Origin: Octopus vulgaris
Lineage: Eukaryota
Assembly: GCA_951406725.2 (NCBI GenBank)
Contig: OX597826.1
Location: 34,906,001 to 34,970,000, forward strand
DNA: 64,000 bases
Direction of reading: 5' to 3'
The position numbers were made by a program, and so were the translations under genes. Below are positions 43,031-56,885 of the stretch, piece by piece (the stretch's first letter is position 1; each line of letters starts with the position of its first letter). The notes under the pieces are model-generated. The model had not been told where the DNA came from and searched no databases. It worked only from the letters and a program-made list of their open reading frames with translations.

Positions 43031-43774
43031 GAAGCAAGGTGAAATTAATCTGTGGTTAATTTCCGACAAGATTTTTACATTTATTAAAATTCCCTGTTGC
43101 AAACGACTGAAACTATGGACATCATCCAATACTATCTGTCTTATTCAACGACGCGTAATTCTCCTGCTGGTTGTCTCGGTGTCAAGAATCGTTCTTGCGA
43201 TTCTTTGATATTTTTCCTGCGTCATTCAAACCACATGTATGTGGACTTGTCCATGTTAAGTAGCGGTTAGACCTAGACTAACTCCTTGATCGCTTCCTTA
43301 CACACTGTGCTGACTGACGTTACTCCAGGGATACTTTCGAGGAATCCTGCATTAGTGCTTGAATACGAAATCTTACTGTCGTTATCCTAGATTCGTACCT
43401 ACAGGCGATGATAAGCACTAAAGCCTAATTGAAGATAGCAAGTTGTGATTGTTTACTAACCATTCTTCTTCTTACGATCAAATGTCGTTATCTCATTACT
43501 GCACCAGCATCTGCAAATCTAACATTCAATTCAGCCGCCTGCCTCCATATTTATATATGAACGAATGCTTATAATTTATGAGTGCATGCATAAGATTTTA
43601 TTCTTATAGTCTTTTATTGGTTTCTGACAACACGCAGTGGCATTACTGGATATATATTACGTACTAAAATATACTGTATTTGTAGTTCTCGATTAATGCT
43701 ATATTCAAGAATACTGGTGAGAATATAGATATATGGATATCTACGCAGGCAAAAATACACATATATATATATGA

Positions 43775-44088
<314 letters not shown>

Positions 44089-44454
44089 CATTTGTATTCT
44101 CTATTTAATCATGAAGCCAGTGATAAAGACATGATCACAGCAAACAGTTTCAACACTTCATATCTGAATAACTTAGAGAAATTTCAGACACTGTGGCTAC
44201 TAACATGTTCAGATACCTGGTGTGTCTGTGATCAGACAGTCATTGCCTTGCACGAGGAAATGAGACAACACTGGTAAAATCTTTCCAAGTTTTTTCTTTC
44301 TATTAAGTAAATAATATAAATAATGAAGAAACGTTATAGATAATAACAAAGAAAAGATACATTTTTGAATTCAATGTTTTATTTCTAACTTGGAGATTTT
44401 GGCTCACTGATGATCAGATAACACAGATGGAGTTGTGCAGAATCTAAAGAAAAT

Positions 44455-44880
44455 CTGGGAAATGTTAAAAGAGTAAGATTATTAAAGAAATGAAATCTTA
44501 AATTGAATAGAATGAACTCGGTCTGGAAAACGGCAATTCTTGCAGTTATTTTTAGGTTTGTTGTTGTTATTGTTTATGCAGCAGATCAGTCCTATTTGAG
44601 TAACGATCAAAGACGTTCCACTCCTGACAATTTCAGTTTCTATGAGACAGATGAAATTGTAAAGATTTTAAAGAAAATGTTGGAATAGTTAAGAGTAATA
44701 TATTAAAGAAGTGGAATCTTAAATTGAATGGAAAGAATTTGGTCTGAAATACAACTTAATGTTATTGCTGTTGATGTTGTTATTCATGTCATTGGTGTTG
44801 TTTAAATACCAGACCAGTCTTAATTGAGCTCAAATATGATGAAAGGCGCCCCACTCGTGACCGTTTCATTGTCTAGGACT
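44455..44880 (+). repeat. Diverged tandem duplication, ~215-bp unit
   Basis: attaaagaa.tg.aatcttaaattgaat.gaa.gaa.t.ggtctg.aa occurs at ~44481 and ~44702. Confidence 0.65.
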
Positions 44881-45196
44881 GAACGATTCCATGTGTTTAT
44901 CACTCTTAAATGACATTACGTCTAATATGAGAGCGATTTTGTCTCTTATTATATCCAGGATGAGATATTACGTGAGAATTTGAGATTTAAAGCAAAGAAA
45001 GAATCGTACATAACACTTAAGACATAGAAATATTGTTAGATGTACGCAGTTCACCTGTTTATTTGTCATGACACGGGCAGACAATTGAATTTCCTTTAGT
45101 AATGTTACGAAAGCTCTTCTGCTTTCAACTTTGTCACTTTAATTTGAATATTCAATTATTCTTCCCCACCGCAACCAATATGCTGTTGCCATAGAC

Positions 45197-45273
45197 TAGA
45201 GCTTCCCGACCTGGGGGCTGCGCACCTCTGGTGGACCGCAAAGGTAGTAAGGGAGGTCTGCGAACTAAATTCA

Positions 45274-45340
<67 letters not shown>

Positions 45341-45430
45341 ATACTAAAATCGGTTCATGGGAAAACTCATTTAAATAAACGGGCTGGGAATCATTGTTGG
45401 GAACCGCTGTGAAAATTTTGGGAACCGCTG
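45197..45430. mobile_element. hAT (Charlie-like) MITE
   Basis: Termini tagagcttccc / gggaaccgctg, with the right TIR duplicated. Internal (TA)n. Imperfect 8-bp flanks ccatagac / ccctacat. Confidence 0.55.
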
Positions 45431-48166
45431 CCCTACATCATATAATATAGCGGCTTGTATTTTATATTGTTTGTCAAGAAACTAGTTGGGAATTTTTGCG
45501 TAAAAATCACACGTGGATTCTGTATTTTTGTTTCTTTTACAATAGAGAAATAAATGAAAACATCATATTATTCATACATTTTTACAGTTCATATTTGATC
45601 TATATCTACAAGCAGACTGTTTCTGCATATCGTGATTCATTGTAATAGAGCAACAGAACAATAGATAGCGAATTAATTGCGAACTCAGATGAATCACTCC
45701 AAATTTGATGCTATATTATTGTCGCATATAGAGACTGAGATTGATGCGAAGTTATAGACATTAGTCATTTCACTATTTCTTACATTAATTCTGAAAATAT
45801 TTCTATAAAGAAAATGGTATAAACAGAAGAAAACAGAGAACATCAATCATTTAAATTCTTAAAGCTACTTTTTTAGAAAAGTTTTAACATTAAACATAAA
45901 AAAATCATTAAAAAACACTAACAAATACTTTGTGCAATAATATTTTTTCGTTATAATTCTATTATGATATAAAAGTCAGCGTTTATACCTTGACCTTTCA
46001 ATTCTAATATCTGACACTGACATCAAGGATTACTAAAATTAAATTCTGTTCTACTTGATTTAAAATTGCTCAACAGTTTCAACCTCGTGATATTAAATGT
46101 TTATGGTAAAGTATATTTAATATATTTATTCTACACACACTCACTCCCACACACATACATACATACATTTATATGTATATACATATGCGCATGTAAATGT
46201 ATATACATATATACATAATATGAGTGTATATGTTTGTATACATATGTGTATATATGTATCTGAATATTCATGTATATATGTGTGTATGTTACAATTTATT
46301 TTTCATGTAATAATTTTGTAAGACACATTTTGACACCAACACACACATAATTATTGATATTTTCATATTTAAATGCAATAAATCCAATTCTTTTATTTAT
46401 TACCTAACATAAATTGATTTTTTTTTACAAAAAATACTACCCATTCATCCATTAATAAACTATTTAATTTGTTGTTCATTCACAAAGAAATATATTTACA
46501 TGGATAATTATTTTCAGAATAGTTTTCATCTTGTTCTCTTCAGTTTAGTTATTTGTCTTTCTTTTTCATAACAGAAAATAAAATATATATTTTCCTATTT
46601 AGTGATTTTTCAAATTTCATTTAACTGTCCTATAAACATTACGAATATAAATGGAATAAAAGAAGGCTTCAGTCGTTTTGATTCAGACAAATAATGAAGA
46701 GGTCAGTGGCAAGTAATAGAAGTAATACTAAATTGATCAAACTAACCTTTGCCAATGAAACTGTACATATATATGTGTATGGAAGCCATAGATATACTGC
46801 TTCTCTGTAACTACGTTGTTTATACATGTACTCACACATGTACAGTTTTATATAAGCATACACACGCACATATATATTTATATGCATACGTGTATATATG
46901 TGCATATATAAAATACATACATATGTATATACATATATACATACACATACACAAACACTTATATATACTGTATACATTTCTGTGCCTGCATGTGCAGGAG
47001 TAATGGATCACTACCCAACAACATCATTAAATGTACTTGTGTATATATGAATTATCTATATGTAAAGTTTTGTTAAAATTCGAAGAACGATAATAAAATT
47101 ATATGAATCATTGATTTATGCAGTTTCAGCCGTTTATATGTTCCTCGATGAATTAACTGCATGAAGATATTTCAATTCTTTTCAAGGCCTTCATTTAAAC
47201 TTCTAATAATATTCTATGAGAAACGACAAGAAATACTCCGATTTGATTAATTTTTAGAACGGTATTTGAAGTTTCTTGAACTGTGTTTACACAAGTAGAT
47301 TTCAAAATACCCGAATGTGAAAAATAAAGTATAATTCTGAACTTAAATATCATTTTATACTTTCGAAAAGAAGATTTAAGTTTTCAGGAATCCCGAAACA
47401 AAAAAAAAATCCGTAACTAAATATATGACATGTGTGTTAGGATTTGATACGTTCGAAATGGTACTTCAACTTTTTCCAAGTTTTAATAAGCAGAACTGCA
47501 GAATTAGCGATTTCGTATTCGGACAACTATCAGATAATTGTGCAAAAAATGGCATCGAAATTGATGCAAAATGTTAATAGAATTGGTTGGAAAGGAGCTC
47601 TAATGTGAGTTTACATCTCATGTGTAAGGTTAATGGGAGGAGTTCTAACACAATATTTTCCATACTATAAAGAACCGTACATATTTGTACGCCTTGAACC
47701 GTACATATTTTTGTTATTGGAATACGCTGAATGCAGTTTGGTCAGTAGTACTAGCAGCACCGGTAGAGACTGGCAGTAAATGGTTTTCATCTCAGTCAAA
47801 GAATGCTATATATGTTTTATTATCTTGTCTGAACATCGAGTTTGAAACTACTGGTGAAAATAATCACACCTATGATGATAAATGCCAATACCAATAATGG
47901 CAACTGTCAAACGCTAATACTTTGACGTCATTTAACATACCAATAGCTTCTATTTTTAGAAAAATTATTTTCTTAAAATAATTCTCATAAAGTAAAACAC
48001 TATCTTAATTGAAAGATGGATGCCAAAAATGTGTATTTAGTAAAAATAAAATGCAAAGAAATTCATCTTTTCAACTGACGTAAACACTTTTAAATTAATT
48101 GCTAAAAAGAATTGCAATATATTTAAATAATACTTAAAAATTAAATTGCGGGCTATTCATCTCCGC

Positions 48167-48238
<72 letters not shown>

Positions 48239-50230
48239 CACTTGTATTTGTATCACATTGTCAGCCATCCGGCCAAACGAAAATTTGTTTCAAAGTTATT
48301 TCGATGCTTCATTTCTCTTGCTAGAATTCCTTCATAAATATAGACTTGTATTGGCGCAGCCATTCTATTGAAAACTTCCACCCATCACTCCAGTTTGTAA
48401 ACAGGATAATTTCTGAAACTGATGCCTAACCTGATTTGATGCCATCCCTCATCACTCTTTGTATGCTTGGTTGCTTGTACTTAGGATGCTGAATACACGA
48501 TTCTAAGTCATTCCGTTTGATTTCCTGAACTGGTTGGTACGTATTCTCTTGTGCAAGACAACGTACATCACACTACCTCGGTTTTCTATAATGAAAATGA
48601 CTACCAGCTAAGGGCCGGCATTTCTATCACTATGAAAACAGCATATTCTAGACGTCGCGCTTGTTCACTATGTGGAGGATGGCTGGGATGTGTCTTGCTC
48701 TGCTCACAATTATATAGGTTCCGAAGAAAAATGTTTTATTTACGAAAGCTTTGTAGATGACACCGGTTAATGAGAGTGATGGCTATGAAACTAGAAATGT
48801 TTTTTAAGATTTCATATGCGATTCACTTCAATTGTCCAGAAGATGATATATATCTATGTTATGCCATATGGACAGTGTCTGAAGATTGTGCTAGGACAAC
48901 TGACATGCTAGAAAAAAAAATGTCTGGCATGCTCTCATACATACATACACAGTGGCTGACGTGTTTTCGCCGCTCCTGACCTGTCAGCGGCCGAAGACAC
49001 AGAAGACACAGAATAACAAATACAACCCAGCAGGATTACTGATAAACAACTGTAATTACTGGAAGATCTACTACTTTCTGTGAGTAATTTGAATTTCCTC
49101 AAAATAAGTTAAAGAATTCCAAACCTACAGTTTGGGACAAAAATTTTAGAATCATAAATATCTCCATTTTTGTGTGAAAATTTTGCCGTCACCTCTTCCT
49201 TGAGTATCAGATTATGTAAAATGCCTTTATTGTAACAACACAATTAAATGCACGCTAAAAGTATGACACCACAATTAAATGCACGCTAAAAGTATGGACG
49301 TAAACACCAGCTAACCTTTATCTTCTTCTTGACATATCTTTTATTGCAATTGCATTATTAAACACGCGGAGAATAAGAAGAAAAAAAAGAAAAAGAAAAG
49401 AAAAATACTATTTATAGTTTTGCTCTGCTCGTACATGACTCTATTCACAAGTACTGCTTATAGTCGGCCCCTCCTTTGATTTTTCTCAAAGTCAAGGTCA
49501 CTGTTTCACAAGTTCCATCAACACTGTTGCGGTCAATTTGAACTCTATTTGACCGACCGTTCTTCATCTCACTTCATGAGCTATTTACTACTGCTGCTAT
49601 CAGAATTTACTGCAGTTACTACTATCGCTACAATTAGAAACATTCAAGTTGACGATGAAACCGAAATATCTTTCTCCGGGTCTGAAGTATACCGGTGGCA
49701 CCAACGAAAAATCCCTTTCTTTCTCTGTGCTGGGAGAAAAGAGAATTTACTATAAAAACAAACCCCCAGCCCTCCCTCCAACGTATAATTTACTTTAAAA
49801 AGAAATACTTTAAAAGGGAAAAACGTGAGAATAAAAAAGAAAAATTAATAATCTAATTTAACAAGAGACAAAAACATGTGCCTTCTCGCACATAAACACA
49901 GTTTTCAAACATGCGCAGATGCAATTATTGAAGTACTAAATGGCACGTCAAGTGATATTTAATCGTGTGGAACATGTTACATGCATATCAATATTCTAAA
50001 GTTTGGACATACTATCCCTTATCCTAAAGCTGCTTCAGACAATTAGGAAGGGTTCCCGATTCGTTGCACCGTCTGCTTTCAATCTTGGATTGTGATTCGG
50101 CTCAGCCCAAACTCTCTCAGTTTTAGTCTGCTGTGCCTACTCCTACAAGGATTGCACCTGTTTTTGTTCCTGATTTAACCCCGATTTCTCCTAGAGCCCA
50201 TAGAGGATTGTTTTTAGTCAACCATCCATC

Positions 50231-51691
50231 ATGTCAGCTACCTACGCATCGAAACTGAGATCTGCAAGTAGGGCTTCTCATCAAGATGATGGTCCTACCA
50301 ACAGTCAGCTCAACGAACAGTTGCTGTTGCTCAAACAAGAGGTTGAGCACCTAAAGTCTGTTGTTGCTCTCTTACTGAATAAACAGTCTCCTGTTGACGC
50401 AGAGTCACCCTTGATTTCTTCCCTGGAGACGTCCAAACCGAAGAGAACAAAATCGAGGCGGCCAAAGAAGGCGAAGGAACCGGCGGTCGTTTCTGCACAT
50501 GATCGTTCCCGTGCGGATTCTTCCTCATCTGCCTTTTCGGTCCCGGAGGTTCCCCAACCTAATTTGAGGAGCGTAGACTCAAACCCACCTGAAGACCGTT
50601 GTTCTCCCCAAATGAAGAAACGTCGTCAAAACTCCAGTGGGGCGGATTTAGCTATGAAACCTGACCACGATAAACGGTCTCCTGTTGACGCAGAGTCACC
50701 CTTGATTTCTTCCCTGGAGACGTCCAAACCGAAGGGAACAAAATCGAAGCGACCAAAGAAGGCGAAGGAACCGGCGGTCGTTCCTGCACATGATCGTTCC
50801 TGTGCGGATTCTTCCTCATCTGCCTTTTCGGTCCCGGAGGTTCCCCAACCTAGTTCGAGGAGCGTAGACTCAAACCCGCCTGAAGACCGTTGTTCTCCCC
50901 AAAAGAAGAAACGTAGTCAAAACTCCAGAGGGGCAGATTTGGCTATGAAACCTGATCACGATAAAATCTGTTTGGATTCTCCTTCACTTGTCCTTCCCAT
51001 TAATGCCATTGCTCAACCAATTCTGAACGATCTCGATGTGGGTTCATCTGGGGAGTGGTGCTCCCCCAAACCGAAGAAGAGGCAGTGCAGTTCCAAACCA
51101 GGCGGGAAAATTATGACCACTAAATCCATTCCGATCAACCCCACAGGCCGACATAAGTCCGATGGCTATGAAACCACTCTTTCGAAATCCTCCAACGAAG
51201 AATCGAATACCGCAGCTCATAGTAGAGAACTTTTTGCCCACTCAAGATCGGCAATAATATATGGCAAAGCGGAATCCACCTGTGATATAGGCATAAACCG
51301 CCTAAAAGATGACATTAATTTTGTTTCCATTTTGGTTGGAAAATTGTTCTCTGTGAACGAAAAGGTCAGTGTCCTTAAGGTCGCTCGGCTAGGAAGATTC
51401 CAAGCGAACCCAACCGCAGATACTAGACCACGCCCAATAAGGGTAATCTTTTCTTCTGATCGGGAGGCTTCAGTCTTTCTGAACAGAGCTCAGACGCATG
51501 CCTGGGAGGACCCCAATATGGGTTTTCGCGAGGAATACTCACTAAGAGAGAGAATTCGCCGGAGGAACCTGATATCCGAGCTAAAGATGAGGAAACAAAT
51601 GGGAGAGAAGGGTTTACGAATCCAAGATGGACAGATAATCAAGTCCTACCTCTGGTCCCGTGCTGTAGTGCTGACAGGGAAAGTGATGTGA
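50231..51691 (+). CDS. LINE ORF1 protein (486 aa)
   Basis: N-terminal coiled coil (LLLLKQEVEHLKSVV). C-terminal IIYGKAES...RLGRF...RPRPIRVIF...ERIRRRNLISELKMRKQMGEKGLRIQDGQI is typical of CR1/L2-type ORF1. Internal 97-aa duplication. Confidence 0.9.
   Translation: MSATYASKLRSASRASHQDDGPTNSQLNEQLLLLKQEVEHLKSVVALLLNKQSPVDAESPLISSLETSKPKRTKSRRPKKAKEPAVVSAHDRSRADSSSSAFSVPEVPQPNLRSVDSNPPEDRCSPQMKKRRQNSSGADLAMKPDHDKRSPVDAESPLISSLETSKPKGTKSKRPKKAKEPAVVPAHDRSCADSSSSAFSVPEVPQPSSRSVDSNPPEDRCSPQKKKRSQNSRGADLAMKPDHDKICLDSPSLVLPINAIAQPILNDLDVGSSGEWCSPKPKKRQCSSKPGGKIMTTKSIPINPTGRHKSDGYETTLSKSSNEESNTAAHSRELFAHSRSAIIYGKAESTCDIGINRLKDDINFVSILVGKLFSVNEKVSVLKVARLGRFQANPTADTRPRPIRVIFSSDREASVFLNRAQTHAWEDPNMGFREEYSLRERIRRRNLISELKMRKQMGEKGLRIQDGQIIKSYLWSRAVVLTGKVM
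50380..50965 (+). repeat. In-frame tandem duplication 2 x 291 bp inside ORF1
   Basis: SPVDAESPLISSLETSKPK...GADLAMKPDHDK occurs twice with few substitutions. Confidence 0.95.
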
Positions 51692-54573
51692 GGGCAAATC
51701 GAAGTGAAGTTGATACCCCCGTCAACAATGCTATCTCTGATGCCCTTTATTCTGCTTGTTCCCCAACTCCCGCCCCTCAGACTTCTCAGCTCAGCATCGT
51801 CTACACCAACTCGTGCTCCTTATTCCCAAAGTTCAGTGAACTATTTACACTGGCCCTACGCGACTCCCCTGATGTGATAGCTATCACCGAGACTTGGCTG
51901 ACTCCAGCAGTAAAGGACTCAGAGATCCACCTGCAGGGCTACGTCCTTTTCAGATGTGACAGAGGAAAAAGGCGAGGTGGAGGTGTTGCTGTGTATGTTA
52001 AGTCTGAGCACAAACCGTCCTGCGGTATTCTACCCACAAATGCTCAACCTACAACCAAATTCGATGCCGTCTATTGCAAGCTGAGCCTATCTGAGTTTTG
52101 CCTGCCCGTGTTGGCTGTCTACAGGCCGCCTCTAGCCGACCCCCAGGACGATGCTCATCTACTCGAGGCGATAAGATTCGTTTCAGCTTCGCATGACTGC
52201 TTGGTACTAGGCGACTTCAACGCTCCCATGATCGATTGGCCCGCATCAATTTGTACAACATCTTCCCGGTTCGGCCAGGCCCTTCTTGACGTGGCTGAAG
52301 ATTGTTTTCTATCGCAACATGTTGAATATCCAAGGCATCGGTCTGGGAAGCAGCCATCTATGCTAGATCTGGTATTCTCCCGCTATCCAAGATCAGTGTC
52401 AGACGTATCTGTGTGCGCCCCTCTTGCCAAGAGTGATCATGCGGTCCTGAAGTTCGTCATGCACACAACTTTTTCCACGCCCACGATTACTTCGCTGCCA
52501 CGTAGAGTCTTCTCTGCAATTAATCTTGAAATTCTAACCGAGGCTTCCGCGCTTCTGGACTGGCGTTCCCTGATGACGTTGTCCTCAGTTGACGAACTAT
52601 GGTCATCCCTCAAAGCATATGTAATCTGTTTGACTGACCAGGCAGTTCCCGTTGGACATCCCAAGAGGAAGAAACACAAGCCCTGGGTGATGAAGAAGGT
52701 TAAACGAGAACGTCGACTCAGAGATATTGCTTGGGCTGAATTCAAAAATCTAGATTCGACTGCAGCTTTTGAGGTGTACAAAACTCAACGAGACCGAGCC
52801 GTGAAAATTGAAAAGAAAGAACGCTTCAGTTATGAATACAAAATCGCGGCAAATGCCAGTAGCAATCCAAAAACCTTCTTTGCCCATGTCCAGCGGAATT
52901 CCCGCTTGAACAACCAGATTGTAACATTGGTAGACTCAACAGGCGTATCGATTGAGGACCCTTATCAACAGAGTCAATTATTTGCCGAGGCTTTTTCAAC
53001 TATTTTCAAACAAGATGATGGTCGTGAACCCCCTCCATTTGATAGATCGGTACCTCCAATACTTCGATTGCTCATCACGCGGGACCAAGTCAAACGTGTT
53101 ATTCAAGGCCTCGATGTCAACAAGGGTCACGGCCCTGACGGCATACACCCACGGGTTATCAAAGCGTTGGCTCCGGTCATCTGCGAGCCCTTAACACGAC
53201 TATTCAATATGTCATTGGCGACGGGTGTTATACCTGCAGACTGGAGAACAGCGATAATCTGCCCAATTTTCAAGAAAGGGAGCCGCGAAGACCCGCTTAA
53301 CTACCGACCGGTTTCCCTTACATCAATAATCAGCAAGATGTTCGGAACCATCCTTAAGAAAAGTATGATGCTCCACCTCCTAAGCACAGCCTCGATCACT
53401 GATTCCCAACACGGCTTCGTGCCGAAGAGATCATGCTTGACCAACTTACTAGTAATGGAAGAATTGGTGACGCGCATCCTCGATGATAGTGATGCTGTTG
53501 ACATCGTTTTATTGGACTTTGCCAAAGCTTTTGACTCGGTAAACGACCGCCTACTACTTGTCAAGCTTCAAGCATATAGTTTCCATCCGGATATTGTACG
53601 ATGGGTTGGTGCCTTCCTCTCAGATCGCTCCTTCCAAGTTCAAGTTAATGGTTCGCGGTCCGACGTCTCCAGTGCGAGCAGTGGCGTGCCTCAAGGTTCA
53701 GTGCTTGGGCCCTTGTTGTTCTTAGTCTTCATAAATGACTTGCCCGACGACCTCACGCAACACACCCTTCTATTTGCCGACGATATCAAACTGGTCGCTC
53801 CTCGCGGTAGTATAGAGGATCTTCGTCGATGCCTCCACTAAATTTGGAAGTGGTCTAACGATTGGGACCTGTGTCTGAACGTGTCAAAGTGCTGTCATCT
53901 GCCTGTCGGCTCTACTCCTACAACTCAACTTGATTTCGAGCCGGGGCGTCTGCTGCTGGAGAGGACCGATCAGGTAAAGGACCTGGGTATCTTGGTGGAT
54001 TCCTCCTTTTCGCCTTCGGCCCAGTGCGTCCATGCTGCCAACAAAGCGCGCGGAATTCTGTTTTTGATTCGACGGTCATTCGGAGTGCTCACAGCAGCCA
54101 TATTCCTGCCACTCTATGTCACGCTGGTGAGACCCATATTGGAGTATGGGATTCAAGCCTCTTCTCCTTATCTCCTCAAAGACATACAGCACCTCGAAAG
54201 AGTCCAGAGGCTGGCTACCCGCCTGGTTCATGGTCTCAAAAATTTGTCCTACGAAGAAAGGCTGAGGAAGCTCGACCTTTATTCTCTTGAAAAACGCCGC
54301 CGCCGTGGTGATCTCATTCTCGCCCACAACATCATAAGCGGGAAGTGTAACCTCTCGAAAGAGCTGTTCTTCACTCCTGCTCCGGAGCGTCGGCTGCGGG
54401 GTCATTCCGAAAAGCTCTACCTGCGACGATTTCATCTCAATCGAAGGAGAGGAGCTTTCTCCGTCCGGGTTGCGGATCCGTGGAACAAGCTGCCAGATGA
54501 GATGGTGAAGATGCCGACGACCGCTTTGTTCAAAGCCTCCCTGGACCTCAAGTGGCCTGAACTCTTTACATGA
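51688..54573 (+). pseudogene. LINE ORF2 (APE endonuclease + reverse transcriptase) with a single in-frame TAA at 53839-53841
   Basis: EN motifs YTN..SL, ITETWL, GDFN, LDLVF, SDH. RT motifs GPDGIHP, NYRPVSLTS, QHGF, LDFAKAFDSV, GVPQGSVLGP, FADDIKL. C-terminal LEKRRRRGDLI, RGH, WNKLP. ORFs 51688-53841 and 53881-54573 are in the same frame. Confidence 0.93.
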
Positions 54574-54905
54574 ACACCACCCTGTACTTAACTCCATGTC
54601 CCCCTACATGGCCTTGCTATTTGCTTTTGAGCCAAATTAACTAACTAACTAACTAACTAACTAACATGAAACTAATAGTAGCACATAAAACATATTGTGT
54701 TTTTTAAATAATATTTATCTCTCACTAGATAGAGTACTTTAGTTGATCTTACCATCACGGAACAGTGCACTGTATATTTGTCCCTCTGTATTTTTAAGAA
54801 GCCATCAGGTTTTCCAGATCTGACGATACACCTTAAAGCTAAACCCTTTATGGACGGAAGACCTAAAGTAATCGCATAAACCGGCCTTCCCATTTTATAT
54901 ATATA

Positions 54906-55777
54906 CAGGGTGTTCAATTTAAATTTGACGGTTTGTGGGAAAATTAAATTAAATACAGTAATCCATCCAAAACTAAAAGTATTTTTCAAAAATAAAAAAA
55001 TATCAACTAGATTACGTCTGAGAAAATGATTTACTGAAACCATCCTCAGCTTCCACCACAGTTTCAAATAGGGTCGGGAATCGGGCGTGTGCGCTTATGA
55101 CAGTGTTTCTGGGAATATCTTCGAACACCTTCTTGTGTTCAGCCACTTGGTTGTCCTTGGTGTTGCTGGCAGAATGTTAGCATCTCTTTCAACGGCACCC
55201 CGCACTTTATGGGATTACAATTGGGTCAGTTAAAAGGCTAGAAATTAGGACCGGTAAAGTCGTAGAAATTCACTAACAACCATTTCTGACAGTTTCTAGA
55301 GGTGTGACGAGGAGCCAAATCTTACTGCCACACATGACCTTCCAGCTGCAATCCTCTCCAGTTAGGATTTGGTAACAGTCTTCAGTAGTCTCACATAGGC
55401 GTCTGAACTGAGCTTATGGCCATGCTCCATGAGGTATGGATCAATTCTGACGTGTGGACGCAGTCGAGACGTCTGCTGTGATCCATATTGCTGCTCACGG
55501 ATCCGTAATCTCACTAACAGCTATTCGTATCATGTTTAATAGCCTTTAAACGCTTCACAGAATATTGAGCAGCAACCATGATGTCACCAGTTTGATAATC
55601 GGTGCGAATCATCATGATACATCTAACTTTTTTTCCAATATTCAGATGGCTTCCAGTCCTACCTGACAGCTAACTTTATCTCGGCTACAACTTCAACGCC
55701 ATTGATGGTTCACCTACATAGCACACTATTCCTGAGGAAGGGAGACATTCAAGTCGTCAATTTAGCCAAACATCCTG
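54906..55777 (-). mobile_element. Degenerate Tc1/mariner-superfamily transposon
   Basis: ta-cagggtgttc... left end and ...aaacatcctg right end. Minus-strand remnant PFN*PNCNP (cf. PPNSPDCNP). Confidence 0.55.
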
Positions 55778-56690
55778 TCTAGATCCGTATATGTATGTCT
55801 ATATGTGTGTGTGTGTGTATGTGGTTGTGCACGCATACAGATTCAGATGCTTAACACACGAAATACTTCTACAAGTATTAAGTGAAAATGGGAAAATAAG
55901 AAGCTTTTGTCTCTACTACTTCAATTATATGAAAACCTGCAAAATATACATAGAGTATGCACAAGGACAAAGATCGAACATGGCATTATCAAAAATTGTT
56001 TTAATATGTTGTGTCCGTGCGTATATATATATGTGTGTGTGTGTGTGAGTGTGCAAAACAAATATTTTGTTAGAAACACGCATATACGCATACACACAAC
56101 TTGTATAACTAGTAGCTATATTTCAGGTTCAGACAGATGCAGCATACAGTTTTTGGTCTATCTTTGTGACTTATACGAAACTATTAGTTATGTAAAGTGT
56201 TGCGTTTGCAAGTGTGCATGCACGTGTGTGTGTGTGTGTGTGTGGTGAATGAACGTGTATATGCGCGCGCCTGTCTGCATTGTGTTGAGACAGTTGATCA
56301 ACATTACTTATGTTTTCTTTTTCTCGTGAAAATTGTTATCGCCGTTGTTTGTCCCATCTTAGATCACTCCTATTGAACGTCCGTATCATGCGAAACATCT
56401 AGGCAATAAACAGCATTTCTATATTTATAGAGCTACCAGATTAAAAACAATACATTATCCATAATTTAACAAATTGTAGACCGGGATTCGGTGGAAAGGT
56501 TGCTGTTATTTCAGCAGATCAATACTTCACGTAGAGTTTAATTACTCTGTACATTGCTAAGAAATATGAACTCGTTTCTTAGTGTGTTTCATTTTCGGCA
56601 TTCACTAGATTCTGTTGGTTGCCAATTTTAGCCTCAGTATTCCGTTTTAACCTTGTAGTCACTTATTGTTTTATTATTTATGAAGTATAA

Positions 56691-56885
56691 AGGTGGCGAG
56701 CTGGCAGAATCGTTAAGCACGCTGGACGAAATGCTTAGCCCATCGCTGCGTTCTAAGTTCAAATTCCGCCGTGGTAGACTTTGCCTTGTCGGGGTCGATA
56801 AAACAAGTACCATTTGGACACTGCGGTCGATGTAATCAACTCATCCCCACCTACCCCAAGCTACCCTTGTGGCAAAAAATTGAAA
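56691..56885 (+). mobile_element. SINE (Meta-domain-like family)
   Basis: ggtggcgagctggcagaatcgtt head, gttcaaattccgcc B-box, family body. Confidence 0.8.

Larger units (their letters stand above)
50030..54665 (+). mobile_element. Near full-length CR1-group LINE
   Basis: Two overlapping ORFs, a short 3' UTR and an (AACT)n tail at ~54639-54665. Clearly GC-richer than the flanks. The 5' boundary is approximate and no TSD was found. Confidence 0.93.

Noticed and set aside
52437-54597. Antisense and alternative-frame ORFs within LINE ORF2
   Set aside because: Expected shadow ORFs in GC-richer coding sequence; no motifs.
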